The position numbers and the translations under genes were made by a program. 64,000 nucleotides of DNA from Babesia bigemina (Eukaryota). Of this stretch, positions 21,914 to 34,186 are shown piece by piece. How positions within the stretch are numbered: position 1 is the stretch's first letter; every line of letters starts with the position of its first letter. Below the pieces are notes generated by a model, which saw nothing but the letters and a program-made list of their open reading frames with translations, searched no databases and was not told where the DNA came from. The stretch spans positions 496,001 through 560,000 of the forward strand of contig NC_027216.1 in the NCBI RefSeq assembly GCF_000981445.1, in the 5' to 3' direction.

Positions 21914-23657
21914 TTAGCTGAAGTTGTTTTCTCTCAGGTACTTTCTGCGGCTACAGATGGTGCTGCCGCCGACAGGTGGTGGTACATCACTCGGCAGTGT
22001 GTGCGGTGAGCCGACTCCGAAGCTGGACGACGACCCCGCGCCGCTGCCGAAGATGGGACGGTACAGAGCGGGGCGCCGGACGCATGTGGACGCCTGCGAA
22101 TCCGCTGACAGCGACGCCTCCGTCGCGCGCGTGTAGACAGTGGCTTCCTCCGCGCGCGAGCCAAACCGGTCCATGCCACGCACCTGAGTCGGCGTGCGGA
22201 CGTACATGTGCGGGGTTCCCGGCGCGTCGTACTGCGGCTTGGACATGGCACGGCGGAAGGGGTTGTCGGGCAGCTCCAACGTCTGGCTGTCTTGCACGGG
22301 GTGGCCCGAGTCGCTGCGGCGCTCAGTGCTGCGCAAAGCGCCGTAGTCCTCCTGGCACGTGGACAGGTGCGCCTCGATGCAGTCGAATTCGTCGGGCGTC
22401 TCCTCGTCCACAAGGCCGGGGTGGCTGAATGCGATATCCACCGCACGGTGCGGCCCCGCGGCAGGGAAGGAGTGGCTGACAGAGCTCGCGTCCATGTTGA
22501 TGTCGTCGCACGGAGTGCTCGCCATGCCCAGGATATGGCTGTCCTCGTCGTCCGATTCGACGAATTCAGTGGAGATCCGAGCGTCCAGGCGCCCTATCTT
22601 GCGGGGCTTGGGCGTGCAGATTTGCGATGAGTCGGAGCCCGCGAATTCGGACAGCATGTGCGATGACACCGGAAGCCTCTGCATGTTGCGGCGGATGATG
22701 TTATCGTAGATACGCTCGCGGTCACGCGGGTTCACCGTGTCCCAGAACCAGTCGGAGACAGGGCCGTCCCATATGGGCAACCCCAGACACTGGATCGCAC
22801 TTGCCCGGCGCGCGGGGTCCCTCTGAAGCAGCGCGTACAGTAAGGTGTTGAGCTGCCTGCTGCGACCGCGCAGCGGCAGCGGCACGCCGTTCTTCATCTG
22901 CTGGGCCAGCTCGGCCAGCGTCGTGGCCTTGTGAAACGGCGTCTTACCGTAAGACAGCTCGTACAGCACCACGCCCAGCGCCCACATGTCCATCTTGTCG
23001 TCGTAGTTCTTCGAGTGCGAGAGCAGAAGCTCGGGGCACCAGTAGTACGGCGTGCCGACGCAGGAGTGGGCGAAGGACTCCAGCCCAATGCTGCGGCACA
23101 GGCCGAAGTCACCGATTTTGCAAATGTATCCGTTTCGCGTCTTGTTGCGATAGTTGGAGTGCAGGAAGATGTTCTGCGGCTTCAGGTCGCGGTGCAGAAT
23201 CTTGCCCTGTTTCGGGCCGAGCGACGAGTTGTGGCAGTACGCCAGCGCGAACAGCAGCTGGAGCGCGATGTCGAAGATGACCTGCTCGTTGACCTTGTCG
23301 TAGTGCTTGCGGAACTGTCGCATGTTCTCCGCCAGGTCGCCGGAGTCGCAGTACTCCATGATGATGTAGAGCAGGTGCTTCTGCCGGTCCACGACGCGGT
23401 CCACGTAGCGCACGATGTTAGGGTGCTTCAGGTCGCGCATGACGTTCACCTCCATCACCAGCTGCTCCTTCTCCTTCTCCGTCAGACCCTTGTACGCCAC
23501 CACCTTCCAGCAGTACAGCTCCCCCGTTACCTTCCACGCATTAGCGACGCGCGCAACCGCCTACCTTGTGTTGTACCTGGAAGACTTCGCCGAACCGCCC
23601 GGCTCCAATCCTCCGTAGCGCCTTGAACTGCGCCAGGCGGTGCTCGTCATTCGCCAT
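21914..23657 (-). CDS. NEK1: NIMA-related kinase, NEK1-type
   Basis: Exon 1 MANDEHRLAQFKALRRIGAGRFGEVFQVQHK; intron ~23531-23564; YCWK, EVNVMRDLKHPNIV, HRDLKPQNIFL, KIGDFG; activation loop SFAHSCVGTPYYW resembling Plasmodium NEK1. Confidence 0.88.
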
Positions 23658-23975
23658 CGTGACGAAGGCGGCCTGGACGACGCAGAATGGCGTGTGTACC
23701 TGCTCGCGGAGCGACGCTTCCGAACACGGAAACTGCGCGCAGCCCGCGAACTGGTCGGAAAAGCTTGTTAGGAGTTAGTAGACTCGCGAAGTGGCAAGCT
23801 CCGTGCGCCGCAGGTACCCCTTGCCACCTTCCCAGCCCGACGAGCTCGGCGACAACGCGATACGTCTGCAGTCAGCGAATGGGAACTGGCGGCCACGCGC
23901 CTTCAAAAACCAGTTAAAATTAAAATTTAGTTGTATAGCGATTGCGGACACGTGGAAGGCGGCGCGCCGCGGCGA

Positions 23976-25247
23976 TCAATGAACGGCGAACATGGCCACG
24001 TTCGACAATCCACATTCGTCCTTAAGGGTGCTGCTGCCACGGGCCAGCCGCACGTAACCTTCTTCGCCCCAAGAGGTTCCCCAGGAGTTTTTGATGAGCC
24101 AGAACGCCTCCTTGTCGGCCTGGCCCGCGCCGGCCAGTACCACGGCGTGGTTCACGGTCTCGCCGCAGTAGTTCAGGACGCCGGACTTGTAGAACTGCCA
24201 CATCGGCGTCACAGCCACGTACACGGTCAGCGGGCCGTGCGCTTTCAGCAGCTGGACGAGGTCCGGGGACTCGGTGAACCCGAACTCGTACAGCCTGTAG
24301 CGGGGGTGACCCGCCGGGGTCATGCACTGGCCCTGCTCGGCGACGTAGGGGTACGACGCCCTGGTGTAGCACCCATTGGCGGTGACGTACTCGTACGCGT
24401 GGTACGAGTCGCCGTATTGGCAGCCGTGGCACTCCTTCACGCAGTCCACCAGCTGCTGTTCGCTGAGATCGAGGTCGAGCGAGCGGTACTTCTTGAAGTA
24501 GGATTCGACCACCGCAATGGTGGCAAACGCCCAGCACGAGCCGCACGCGCCCTGGTCCTTCACCGGCGTCATGATCCCGTCTCTGCGGAGGTCGATGTCT
24601 GCGATGTCTACCGTCCCGTCCAGCGCCATGGCGACGCCGCCGCGCTCATACTGGGGCGTGTCTACGCGGGAGCCTTGCAGCGCCATAAACTCCTCCGCCG
24701 TCATGTCTGCGAATCTGTTCACGCCCATTTCGAATGTGCGGTTTTCCATGGCATTGAAGGCGTCGATCGTGTGCACATTGGCGTGAAAGACGCCGAAGCG
24801 GCGGGCCTTCTCCATGACCGACGTATGACGGCGGTCGTACTGCCGGTTGAAGTCATTGTACTGTACATATATCTCCGCGTCACGCTCCGGGTTCAGCGTG
24901 CGGGTGGAGGCGCCCAGCGCTCTACATACGATGTAGGCGGGGTCCTCGTCGGTGACTCCCTCGACGGTCCCGTGGTTCTCGAATTTCAGGCGAACCAGCG
25001 CCTCGCGCACAGCGCGCTCCTGCGCGGCATACTGCGAATCGCCTCCGATGACGGCTACAGCGGTGAAACACAGCGCAAACACGAGCGCGGCCAGTAATGC
25101 ATAGTAGCACTTGCCGCGTCGCCGGAAGAACGCCCGCAACCGGCTGTGCCACGGCTCCGGCTTGCCCCCGGAGCCGTTCTTCAGCAGGTCTTCGGCCGTT
25201 TCGGCGCGCGAGACGACGTCGTCCAGGACTTCCACCTTTCCCGCCAT
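23976..25247 (-). CDS. Papain-family (C1A) cysteine protease zymogen, babesipain/falcipain-like
   Basis: N-terminal TM anchor, ERFNIN-like and GVNRFAD prodomain motifs, catalytic QGACGSCWAF, VNHAV and KNSWG. Confidence 0.95.
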   Translation of the reverse strand: MAGKVEVLDDVVSRAETAEDLLKNGSGGKPEPWHSRLRAFFRRRGKCYYALLAALVFALCFTAVAVIGGDSQYAAQERAVREALVRLKFENHGTVEGVTDEDPAYIVCRALGASTRTLNPERDAEIYVQYNDFNRQYDRRHTSVMEKARRFGVFHANVHTIDAFNAMENRTFEMGVNRFADMTAEEFMALQGSRVDTPQYERGGVAMALDGTVDIADIDLRRDGIMTPVKDQGACGSCWAFATIAVVESYFKKYRSLDLDLSEQQLVDCVKECHGCQYGDSYHAYEYVTANGCYTRASYPYVAEQGQCMTPAGHPRYRLYEFGFTESPDLVQLLKAHGPLTVYVAVTPMWQFYKSGVLNYCGETVNHAVVLAGAGQADKEAFWLIKNSWGTSWGEEGYVRLARGSSTLKDECGLSNVAMFAVH

Positions 25248-25375
25248 TACTTATGCAGTGTGAAGGCGACAGCGCCCTGGGGCCGCACACACCAACCGCG
25301 CGATTATGAATGCGGGGCACATGAAACCACAAAATAAGGCATCTTATAGCTAAAAGTCGCGTGAGTTGACGCAGC

Positions 25376-26278
25376 TCACTTCAGGAGCTTCTGGAATTCG
25401 TCGTAGAAGACCAACACGAGGGCGCCACCGAAGCCACGGAGGACGTTGGCAAAGGCACCCTTGAAGAAGCCGTTGACGCCTTCGTTGCGCAGGATCTTGC
25501 GGAAGCAGTCCAGAGAGCTGGTGTACATGATCTCGGCACCCGACTTCTTGCCAGACATCATCATCATGCGACGACGCACGGTGTCGAACGGGTACGACGC
25601 GAGACCGGCGTGGATAGTCACCATCTGCGCGACAGCCCACTTGAAGAAGATGTTGACGTTCTTGTCGTCTCCGAACATCACGGCCTTGGCGGAGTCGTAC
25701 ATTCCGAAGTACGTACCGCGGTACACGATGATACCGGTCACCGAAATGTTGAAACCCTTGTACAGCGACATGACACCAGTGGAACGCTGGATCTTCATCA
25801 GGCAGTCAATCAGACCAGTGAACTCGCGCTGGCCCTCCTTGCGCACGTCGCTCGCGAGGCGAGTACGGGCGAAGTCAAGCGGGTAGACGATCAGCAGCGA
25901 GTTCGCGCCAGCCAGGCCACCGGAGGCCATGTTGGCAGCGAAGAACTTCCAGAACTCGGTCTTCTGGTCGTAGCGCGGGAACAGGGTCTTGAAGTAGTCC
26001 TTGAAGGCGAAGTTGAAGGCCTGAGTGGGGAAGTAGCGAATCACGTTGGCGGCGTTGCCCCTCCACAGCGAGCCCACACCCTGCTCCCTGCACACCCTAC
26101 CGAAGCAGTTCATGATACCAGTGTAACGTGGCATCTTGCCGCTCTGGATCTCGGGGATGGTGTCCTGCGTCTGGATAAGCATCTTCACACGCTCGATGGG
26201 CGCGACGGCGGTCTTGGAGACCGCCGCGGCGACACCGCCCATCAAAAAGTCCGTAAGGAAACTGTTTTTGTTCTCCAT
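25376..26278 (-). CDS. AAC: Mitochondrial ADP/ATP carrier
   Basis: [40 protein letters not shown], signature RRRMMM. Confidence 0.97.
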   Translation of the reverse strand: MENKNSFLTDFLMGGVAAAVSKTAVAPIERVKMLIQTQDTIPEIQSGKMPRYTGIMNCFGRVCREQGVGSLWRGNAANVIRYFPTQAFNFAFKDYFKTLFPRYDQKTEFWKFFAANMASGGLAGANSLLIVYPLDFARTRLASDVRKEGQREFTGLIDCLMKIQRSTGVMSLYKGFNISVTGIIVYRGTYFGMYDSAKAVMFGDDKNVNIFFKWAVAQMVTIHAGLASYPFDTVRRRMMMMSGKKSGAEIMYTSSLDCFRKILRNEGVNGFFKGAFANVLRGFGGALVLVFYDEFQKLLK

Positions 26279-26888
26279 GTTGGTGGACCGTAGTGGAATG
26301 ATGTAGATGCGGGAACAGAGCTGTGAGTGCCGACTACCTATTGGAGATTAGCACCACACTCCCACAAAGCCATGGCGGCAACACCAAGTGCGTCTCTGGT
26401 TACAGTTGCCGCTCCTTGCCGGCTGTTTTTAACAGACCGTCTACCGCTGATTGTTAAGACATATCACACGGTAGAGCGTGTGTTTCATTACGAGGGACCT
26501 CCTGTCGCGCGCAGTAGGCACAGCCGAGGGTTAACGCGTGTAACAGCAGCTCTTCAAATTTCCGGCGCCAATGCAGCGCTTTATTCAGTAAAATCGTACT
26601 TTGCGGACGGCGGTGTTCGCACGGAGCAGCAGACATACCCCGCACGCGTGAGGCTGTGCTTTAACGCAGGTCGGCGCCACTTAAAATTCCACGCTAACTA
26701 CGCTATCGCCGCACTTGCCGTTTGCGCGAACCAATATATAGCGTTATACAATAAAATTGGCACTGTTCTGGCGACGAAGAATACCTTTGTGGGTGTGGAA
26801 TCAAGGTGTCGCACGGCCGTGCTGGCGCTTTCCGCGCGACGCTAATTCACTGCGGCGGTAGCATGACAACTTCGCCCACCTTTCGAGC

Positions 26889-27772
26889 ATGATTGTGGCC
26901 GGGCTGCTGTCCGCCGCATTGGCGCTCTCTGCGCTGAATGCTGGCTACTGTCTTCGGAGATTCGGCGGCGGGGGTAGGCACGACATCAGACTGCGGTCGC
27001 TAAAGGGTAGGCTTAACGCTGATCTACATGTGACATGGTTGTTGAATTGGCAGAGTAGCCTATGTGACCAGCTGCTATAGCGGCGGAGAAGTCTGCCGCT
27101 AGGTGGTTGGAAGGCAGCTGATCACGGCCGTAGACGTACCTTTGACAACGCGGTCATTGCACGCCATCGGAAATTCCATAGATGTGATTACACGGCAGTG
27201 AACGCGATATACGCAACCGATCGTCGCCAACCAATGACACACAGGGAACCTGAGCGTACTTGCGGAAGGAATGAAAACAGTGGGAGACCTGAGGCACAAA
27301 CTCCAGTCCGAGCTCAAAACACCCGTCGACCTCTTCCAGCACGGCAGGAAGCTGGAGAATTCCCTGCCTATAGATGATGTGAGTTTGCGGGAACACCTGT
27401 CGAATAATGGCGCAGGTGGCCAAGGGCGACGTCAGCATGATGATCCCGCTGCGCGGTGGCATGCGGGTACAGGTGCAAACGATGCAGGGTAAGAGACGAA
27501 GTCGGAAACCCAGCCAAATCAACGTAGGTCAGAAGCTGGAAGTGGACGTCGAGCCTAACGAAACGGTGCTCGACCTCAAAAAGAAGCTCAGCAGCAAGCA
27601 GAAGCTGCCAGTGGACCAGCAGCGAATCATCTTTGAGGGCAAGATGCTGCAGGACAACAAAACGCTGGCCGAGTATAACATCAAGGTGGGTGTGGCTCGC
27701 GAAGCAAATGACGCCATGCAGCACAACTCGGTCATCCACATGGTCCTCAGGCTACGCGGCGGCCAGCCGTAG
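26889..27772 (+). CDS. Signal-peptide-bearing tandem ubiquitin-like protein (PUBL-like, putative apicoplast); multi-exon, 5' exon junctions uncertain
   Basis: Signal [21 protein letters not shown]. Degenerate UBL ending IPLRGG, then a full [30 protein letters not shown]...[11 protein letters not shown] after removing introns at ~27379-27415, ~27489-27527 and ~27686-27721. Confidence 0.7.
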
Positions 27773-27927
27773 ACGGCTCAAAAGTGTACCGAGGAAGCTC
27801 ACACATCGGCGCGATTCCACGGCAAAACGACCGTGCATGGGCTATTTATAAAATATAATGACAAAGACAGTCAACTGCAATCGCAAAATCGCCCGGCACT
27901 GGCAATTGTTCTTGGGCGTTGCTCATC

Positions 27928-30129
27928 ATGGCGCAATGCGGAGACGGGCATCATATAAACTCCTCTAACGAAATAATGGAGCAGCTTATACCACTGGTCA
28001 GCCGGCTCCACCGAATTCTTGCGTGGACCGGCGAAAGCGGCCTGGAGCTGCCGGCCATCGCGGTCGTCGGTGCACAGTCGGTTGGCAAGTCCTCCGTGCT
28101 GGAAGCGCTCGTCGGACGCCCGTTCCTGCCGAAGGGGACGGGCATTGTGACCCAGAGACCGCTGATACTGCAGGTGTGTGAGCTAGGTGGCGCGAAACAG
28201 AATGTGCAGCTGATGTATGACGCCGATGCCGTGGAACACGGCGAGTTCGCGCACAAGCGCGGCGTGATTTTCGAGGACTTCAACAAAATCATGGCCGAAA
28301 TCAAGTCGGAGACTGAACGGCTGCTCGGGAACACCAAGAATGTGTCTCCGGTGCCCATCTTCCTCAAGATCGTATCGCCCAGGGTGGTGGATTTGACGCT
28401 TATAGACCTGCCGGGCATCACCAAGGTGCCCGTCGGCGACCAAACGCACGACATCGAGCACCAAATACGCGAAATGATCATGGAGCGCATCAGCAGCCCC
28501 TCATGCATCATCCTGGCGCTCACGGCCGCCAACACGGACATCGCAACTTCCGACAGCCTCCAGATGGCGCGGGAAGTGGACCCGCACGGACTCCGCACGA
28601 TCGGGGTTATAACGAAATGCGACATGGTCGAGGACGGCTTCAACGCGGTGGACGTGCTCCAGGGCCGGGTGTACAAGCTCCGCAGGGGCTACGTCGGCGT
28701 GGTCTGCAAGGACAAGTCGGCGGCGCCGGACGCCACACACAGCACTGCCGAGGAGGACGCTTTCTTCACCAACCACCCGATATACGGACCTATCGCAAAA
28801 CGGTGCGGAATAAGGCACCTCTCGCTCATGCTGAACGAAATGCTCACCTTCCACATCAAGCAGATGTTTCCCTGCATCAAGAGCAAGCTGCTCGCCGTCA
28901 TGCACGAGCGCGAGATGGAGCTTTTGTCGTACGGCTTCGGGTCGAGCGATTTGAGTGCCTCGCCCGGCGGGTGCCTGCTGCACTTCTTCACGGCGTTCTC
29001 TCAGACCTTCAGGGACATCATCCACGGCAAGAGGTCGTCGCGGCAGCACTCGACGCAGCTGTTCGGAGGTGCGCGGATAAACTACATCTTCAACGACAGC
29101 TACCTCAAGACCCTGAAGGCGTTCAGCCCGTTGTCCGGCCTCTCCGACATTGAGATACGCACCGCCATCCGGAACTCCACAGGCCCGGCCTCCGCGCTCT
29201 TCGTGCCCGAAATCGCATTCGAAAACCTCGTGAAGAAGCAGATACGCCTGCTGGAAACGCCGTCGCTGCAGTGCGTGGACCAGGTGTACGAAGAGCTGCT
29301 CAACATCCTGGAGAGCTGCGAGATCCCCGAGCTCAACAGGTTCATGAACATGCGCATGAGGATGCTAGTTGTGATCAAGGAGCTGCTAAGGCAGTGCGTC
29401 GAGCCGACTAAGGACATGATCCGCAACCTGATAAAGATCGAGTTGGCCTACATCAACACCAACCACCCGGACTTCCTCAAGGGGAACGCCATGGAGAAGG
29501 CGTGCAACGCGCAATCCAAGCAGCAGTCGGCTGGGAGACGTTCGAACGCGTCTACCTCTTCGGGATACTCGTCATATTCGAGCAATCAATACGACTATCA
29601 TGGTGATAGATACGACGACAGATTGGGCGTCGCCTCGAGAGAGTCGAAAAAGGACTCCTCGGCGAAACATGTGGATAACGCCGGCGACGAGGAGCCGCGG
29701 CCGCTGTGGCTGCCGAACATCCCGAAGGCCGTCAGCCTCGGGACGGAGCCCAGTGAGCGCGAGGTGATCGAGGCGGAGCTGATCAAAACGCTCATCGAAA
29801 GCTACTTCTCAATCGTCAGGTGAGCGACGCGGTTCGCGGCCGTTAACGCGCGCAGGAAAAACATCGCCGACGCCGTGCCCAAGTGCATCATGCACTTCAT
29901 GGTGAACAAAACCACGGATTCCATCCAGCAAGAGCTCATATCGCACCTCTACAAACAGGAGCTCTACGAGGAGCTTACTGCGGAGTCGAAGCACATCATC
30001 CAGCGCAGGGAGCAGTGTCTCGAGAGCCTCAAGTAAGCGAAAATAGCAAAATATTACACCGCACTCAGGTCTCTGCGGCAGTGTGTCGCCGATCTCAACG
30101 AGCTGCTGGACTTCAGGATCGAGTCGTAG
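27928..30129 (+). CDS. Dynamin-related GTPase (DrpA/Dnm1/Vps1-like)
   Basis: LPAIAVVGAQSVGKSS, TQRP, DLPG, TKCD, ELAYINTNHPDF; GED YFSIVRKNIADAVPKCIMHFMVN. Introns ~28174-28209, 29820-29855, ~30033-30068. Confidence 0.92.
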
Positions 30130-30193
30130 CCACACACCGGCGGACGCGACCGGCTGAACGCTCACCCGTAATTTACCTATCCAATATCACCTG

Positions 30194-32989
30194 ATGCTAA
30201 AAGGGGTCTCGGACCCCCAAAACTGGGGGTCGCTCCCCTTCACCGTCGACGGGAGCGAGCAGTGGATCCGCAACTTCCGGGACTACTCCTCCCTGGACCT
30301 CAAAAAGGGCCACGAAAACAGGCCTGTCTGGGTCTGTCCGGATGGCTACCTATACTTGGAGCAGTTCACGAACGTCAGCCGGCAGGCGCAGGACTTCCTG
30401 GTCACCATCGCGGAGCCCGTATGCAGACCCGAGTTCGTGCACGAGTACCAGGTATGACACGGCCACCCTCCCGAGGCACAAGCGCGGTTCAGGTCACTGT
30501 ATTCTCGCTCTACACGGCCGTTTCCGTCGGGCTGACGGTGGAAGAACTGCTGCTCAACCTCAACAAGTTCTCCAAGAACAAGATCCCTGGCAAGCTCAAG
30601 GACTCCATCATCCGAACAGCATCGGTAGGTCACCGTGTTCTAGTTCCGCACAAGCGGTGACGGTAATGGAAGCCAGCCGTTAGCTTACGTGCCGTGCATT
30701 GCCGTGTGGCAAACCTCAGGGGACTGGCCTGTCGTGGAAGCCGCTATTGCGCGGGGGCTGAACGTGTTACCAAATGGAAAAAAATCCATTACAGCTGCAT
30801 TGCCCCTACACAATGTACAAGCTTATCTGATGCTGCAGGCGTTCGGCAAGATCAAGCTGGTGCTGAGAGATAATCGGTACTGGATTGAGTCGCAGGATAG
30901 GAAGGAGCTCGACCACCTGCTCACCAACGCGGTCATAAGGAGCGCGAGGATAATGGGAAACACGTGGGATCGCGGAGAAAGCCACGCGACCAACGACACC
31001 GACTACGTCACGTCCGCGGTGTTCACCGCCGATGCGTCGTCCATCATGTTCAACTCGGCCAACACCGGCGACGCCGCGAGGCCAGTCATGGAGTCGAACA
31101 TGCCGGTGGCAATCGAGGGCATGGCCAAAGTGAAGGAGGAGGACCGAGCAACCAGCCAGGTGTACTCGTTCGAGGTGTACCAGGAAAAGATCGAGGAGCT
31201 GAAGCGAGAGGCACTGAAGTCAATGCGCCGGCCCCTGGTCATGGAATACGATTTCAGGAAGGACAAGAAAACGCCGACCCTGGAATGCTGCGTACGCACC
31301 AACATCAAGATCAGATACTACCAGGAGCGCGCGCTCAGACGGATGTTCAGCAACGGGCGTGCGAGGTCAGGTATCATCGTGCTCCCGTGTGGCGCGGGTA
31401 AGACGCTCACCGGCATCGTGGCCGCGTGCACGGTGCGTAAGCCCATTTTCGTGCTCACAACCTCGGCGGTAGCGGTCGAACAGTGGGTCAAGCAGTTCAT
31501 GGACTTCACCAACATCTCCTCTGAGAAGCTGGTGTCCCTCACCTCCGACAACAAAAGCGACCTGTGGGCCGCTGACGAGGCGGGCGTGCTCATCTCGACG
31601 TATACCATGATGGCGTACTCCCGGAAACACAGAGAGTCCACCGAGAACATCCTCAACCAAATCAAGCAGAGGGATTGGGGGCTGCTGATATTCGACGAAG
31701 TCCAGTTCGTGCCCGCGCCCGCCTTCAGGCGGATCAACGAGATCGTGCGCTCGCACTGTAAACTGGGGCTCACCGCCACTCTGGTCAGGGAGGACGACCT
31801 CATTAAGGACCTGCAGTGGTTGATCGGGCCGAAGTTGTACGAGGCCAACTGGCTGGAGCTCCAGGAGAAGGGCTTCCTGGCCAAGGTCATATGTAAGGAG
31901 ATCTGGTGCCCGATGACCGCACCCTTTTATCGCGAATACTTGCGCAGCGACTCCGCCAAAAAGCGCCGGCTCTGGTCCTGCAACCCAGTCAAGCTCGCCA
32001 CGTGCGAGTACCTTTTGAAGTTCCACGAGGCGAGGGGGGACAAGGTCATCGTCTTCTCCGACAACCTGTTTGCCCTGCTGCATGTGGCTAAAATGCTGCA
32101 CAGACCGTTTATCTACGGCAAGGTGACGTCAGCAGAGCGCATCATCATTCTGAACAAATTCAAGAATGAAAACACCTTCAACTCCATCATCCTCTCCAAG
32201 GTAGGGGACAACGCCCTGGACATACCCTGCGCCAATGTAGTTATTCAAATATCGTTCAACTTCGCCTCCAGACGGCAGGAGGCGCAGCGTCTGGGGCGTA
32301 TCCTGAGGCCCAAGAGCAAAACGGACGAAAATGGGTTCAACGCCTTCTTCTACAGCTTGGTCAGCAAAGACACGCAGGAGATGGTCTTCGCCGACAAGCG
32401 TCAACAGTTCATCATCGATCAGGTGAGTTCAGTTCACGGTGCGTGTGTGGGTATCAAGTTTTTTGTTGTGCCATAGCCCGTCAGTCTGAGGTGTCGGAAT
32501 TGTGCCGAGTGAGACCTTTCACCATCGTCCACTTTCATCCCCGCTCTCGTTAATCATGCCTATTTGCTGTGCCATCAACTGTGTTGCGTGGTACTTCGCC
32601 ATTTACAACACCGTGTAAATGTATCTCAGGGGTACGCGTACAACGTCACCAGCTCGTCGGAGGTCGTCAAAGACGAGAGCAACCTTGTATACTGCCGCCC
32701 CGAGATCCGGGAGGAGCTTCTGCAGGACATCATAACGGCGTGTGATGAGAACGACGACGAGGAAGATGAGCTGGTCCACCCTGACGACCCGCAGAGCAAG
32801 GTACATACGGTGGACCCGGCGTTGCTCGTGGCTGGTAGAGAGCGAGCCTTGTCGAAGCTGTCCGGCTCGCTCCACAAGCAAAGCATCAAGCACCACATGG
32901 CGAACGCAAATCGCATGAAAAAGGGAACGCGCAAACTTGCCAACCAACACCCGATATTCAGGAAATTCTTCTCAGGTGCGAAGAGCTAG
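30194..32989 (+). CDS. XPB: TFIIH helicase subunit XPB
   Basis: RPVWVCPDG, IAEPVCRP, FGKIKLVL, RSGIIVLPCGAGKT, DEVQ, LGLTATLVREDD, SRRQEAQRLGRILR. Introns ~30452-30492, ~30625-30838, ~32423-32629. Confidence 0.95.
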
Positions 32990-33028
32990 ACGCAGAATCT
33001 CGCGAAATGCGAAACTGCACACTTTAAT

Positions 33029-34090
33029 ATGTTTGAACATATACTGCGGTTCCACGCCGGCAAGTTGTTGGCGCAGGGATCACTTGCGTGTCGTTGCGCG
33101 AAGCTGCTGCAGAACGGCCGGTTAAAGGCAGCCTGTGAACGACGAGGCTTCTCAGCACTTAGTACCACGCCACACCCTGAGATTGACCGCCTGAAGGCGC
33201 TTCTATCGCACACATCTCACGAGCCTTCCTATGTCTACTCGGAGACTGTAAGAGAGGTGGGTGTACTGTCTATCCGGTTCTTGTGGCGATCTCGTTGCTA
33301 CACATCACACTTGGAGGTGTGTATCGGTGTATACGGTCCATAGGCAGCGCTTGATTCTGCCCTCGATCGGGGGTGTCTAGGTCACTGTCTTAGACAGCAC
33401 TAACTCTGTCTCAGCACATCGCCAACATACGGAAAAACCTGGAGCCGTCTGAGGACACACAAGCGTCAGATATCGTCCAAAGGCTGGCAGAGGATGCCGA
33501 TAGGTACCACGATGTGCTCGTGAAATACATGCAAAACCGTGACCGTTACAACCAGGTGAGCTTAGACAAGCCTGCCGGTGGGACTCCGGCGGTAGTGACT
33601 CCCGCTGCCAGATGTGGAAAGCATTCAAACGCCACGCAGGCAGTGCAGACGAAAATCACCAACGACGCGAATATCAAATACGGAGTGGTCGGGGTGGCAT
33701 TCATGTGCGTGTTTGGGTCGCTAGGCTTCTCGCTGCACCCGGTGTTTTTTTTCGTAGGTGAAACGCGTGGAACGATCAATGTGAGCAGGGATGCGCCCTA
33801 GGTGGCTACATCTACAGGCCGGTTTTCAGGCAGAGCCGCTTGAAGGAAGGTAAGGATTGCATACCGTTGGCCGAGGATACTATGACCAATTGAAGGCACT
33901 GCGGCAGTCCACCGAACACTCTGTTTCGCATTGCACCAATTCTGTTCAGAGACCATGAAAACGGCGGAACAGCTAATACGAAGCAACAGAGAATGCAAAC
34001 AGCAAATGCGGCAGCTGCATCACGAGATCGGTGAGCTGGTTGGTCAGCTCGAGGCGCATCTCGCCAAAACACTTGAAAAGTAGCACAGAA
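33029..34090 (+). CDS. Small multi-exon membrane protein with mitochondrial-like presequence; 3' end uncertain
   Basis: ATG 33029 with an Arg/Leu-rich N-terminus. GT..AG-bounded exons encode YHDVLVKYMQNRDRYNQ and a hydrophobic YGVVGVAFMCVFGSLGFSLHPVFF segment. Confidence 0.4.
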
Positions 34091-34186
34091 CATGATTTAA
34101 TCGCAAAAATGTTTTCGGTGCTCATTGCCTGTTGGTGTTGCCTTCATACCTCACTTGCCCGTGAGGAACCTCGAGTGCCCACACGC

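Noticed and set aside
20667..25097. Long antisense ORFs (367, 231 and 388 aa; also 430 aa at 41503-42795)
   Set aside because: Shadows of GC3-rich genes on the opposite strand.
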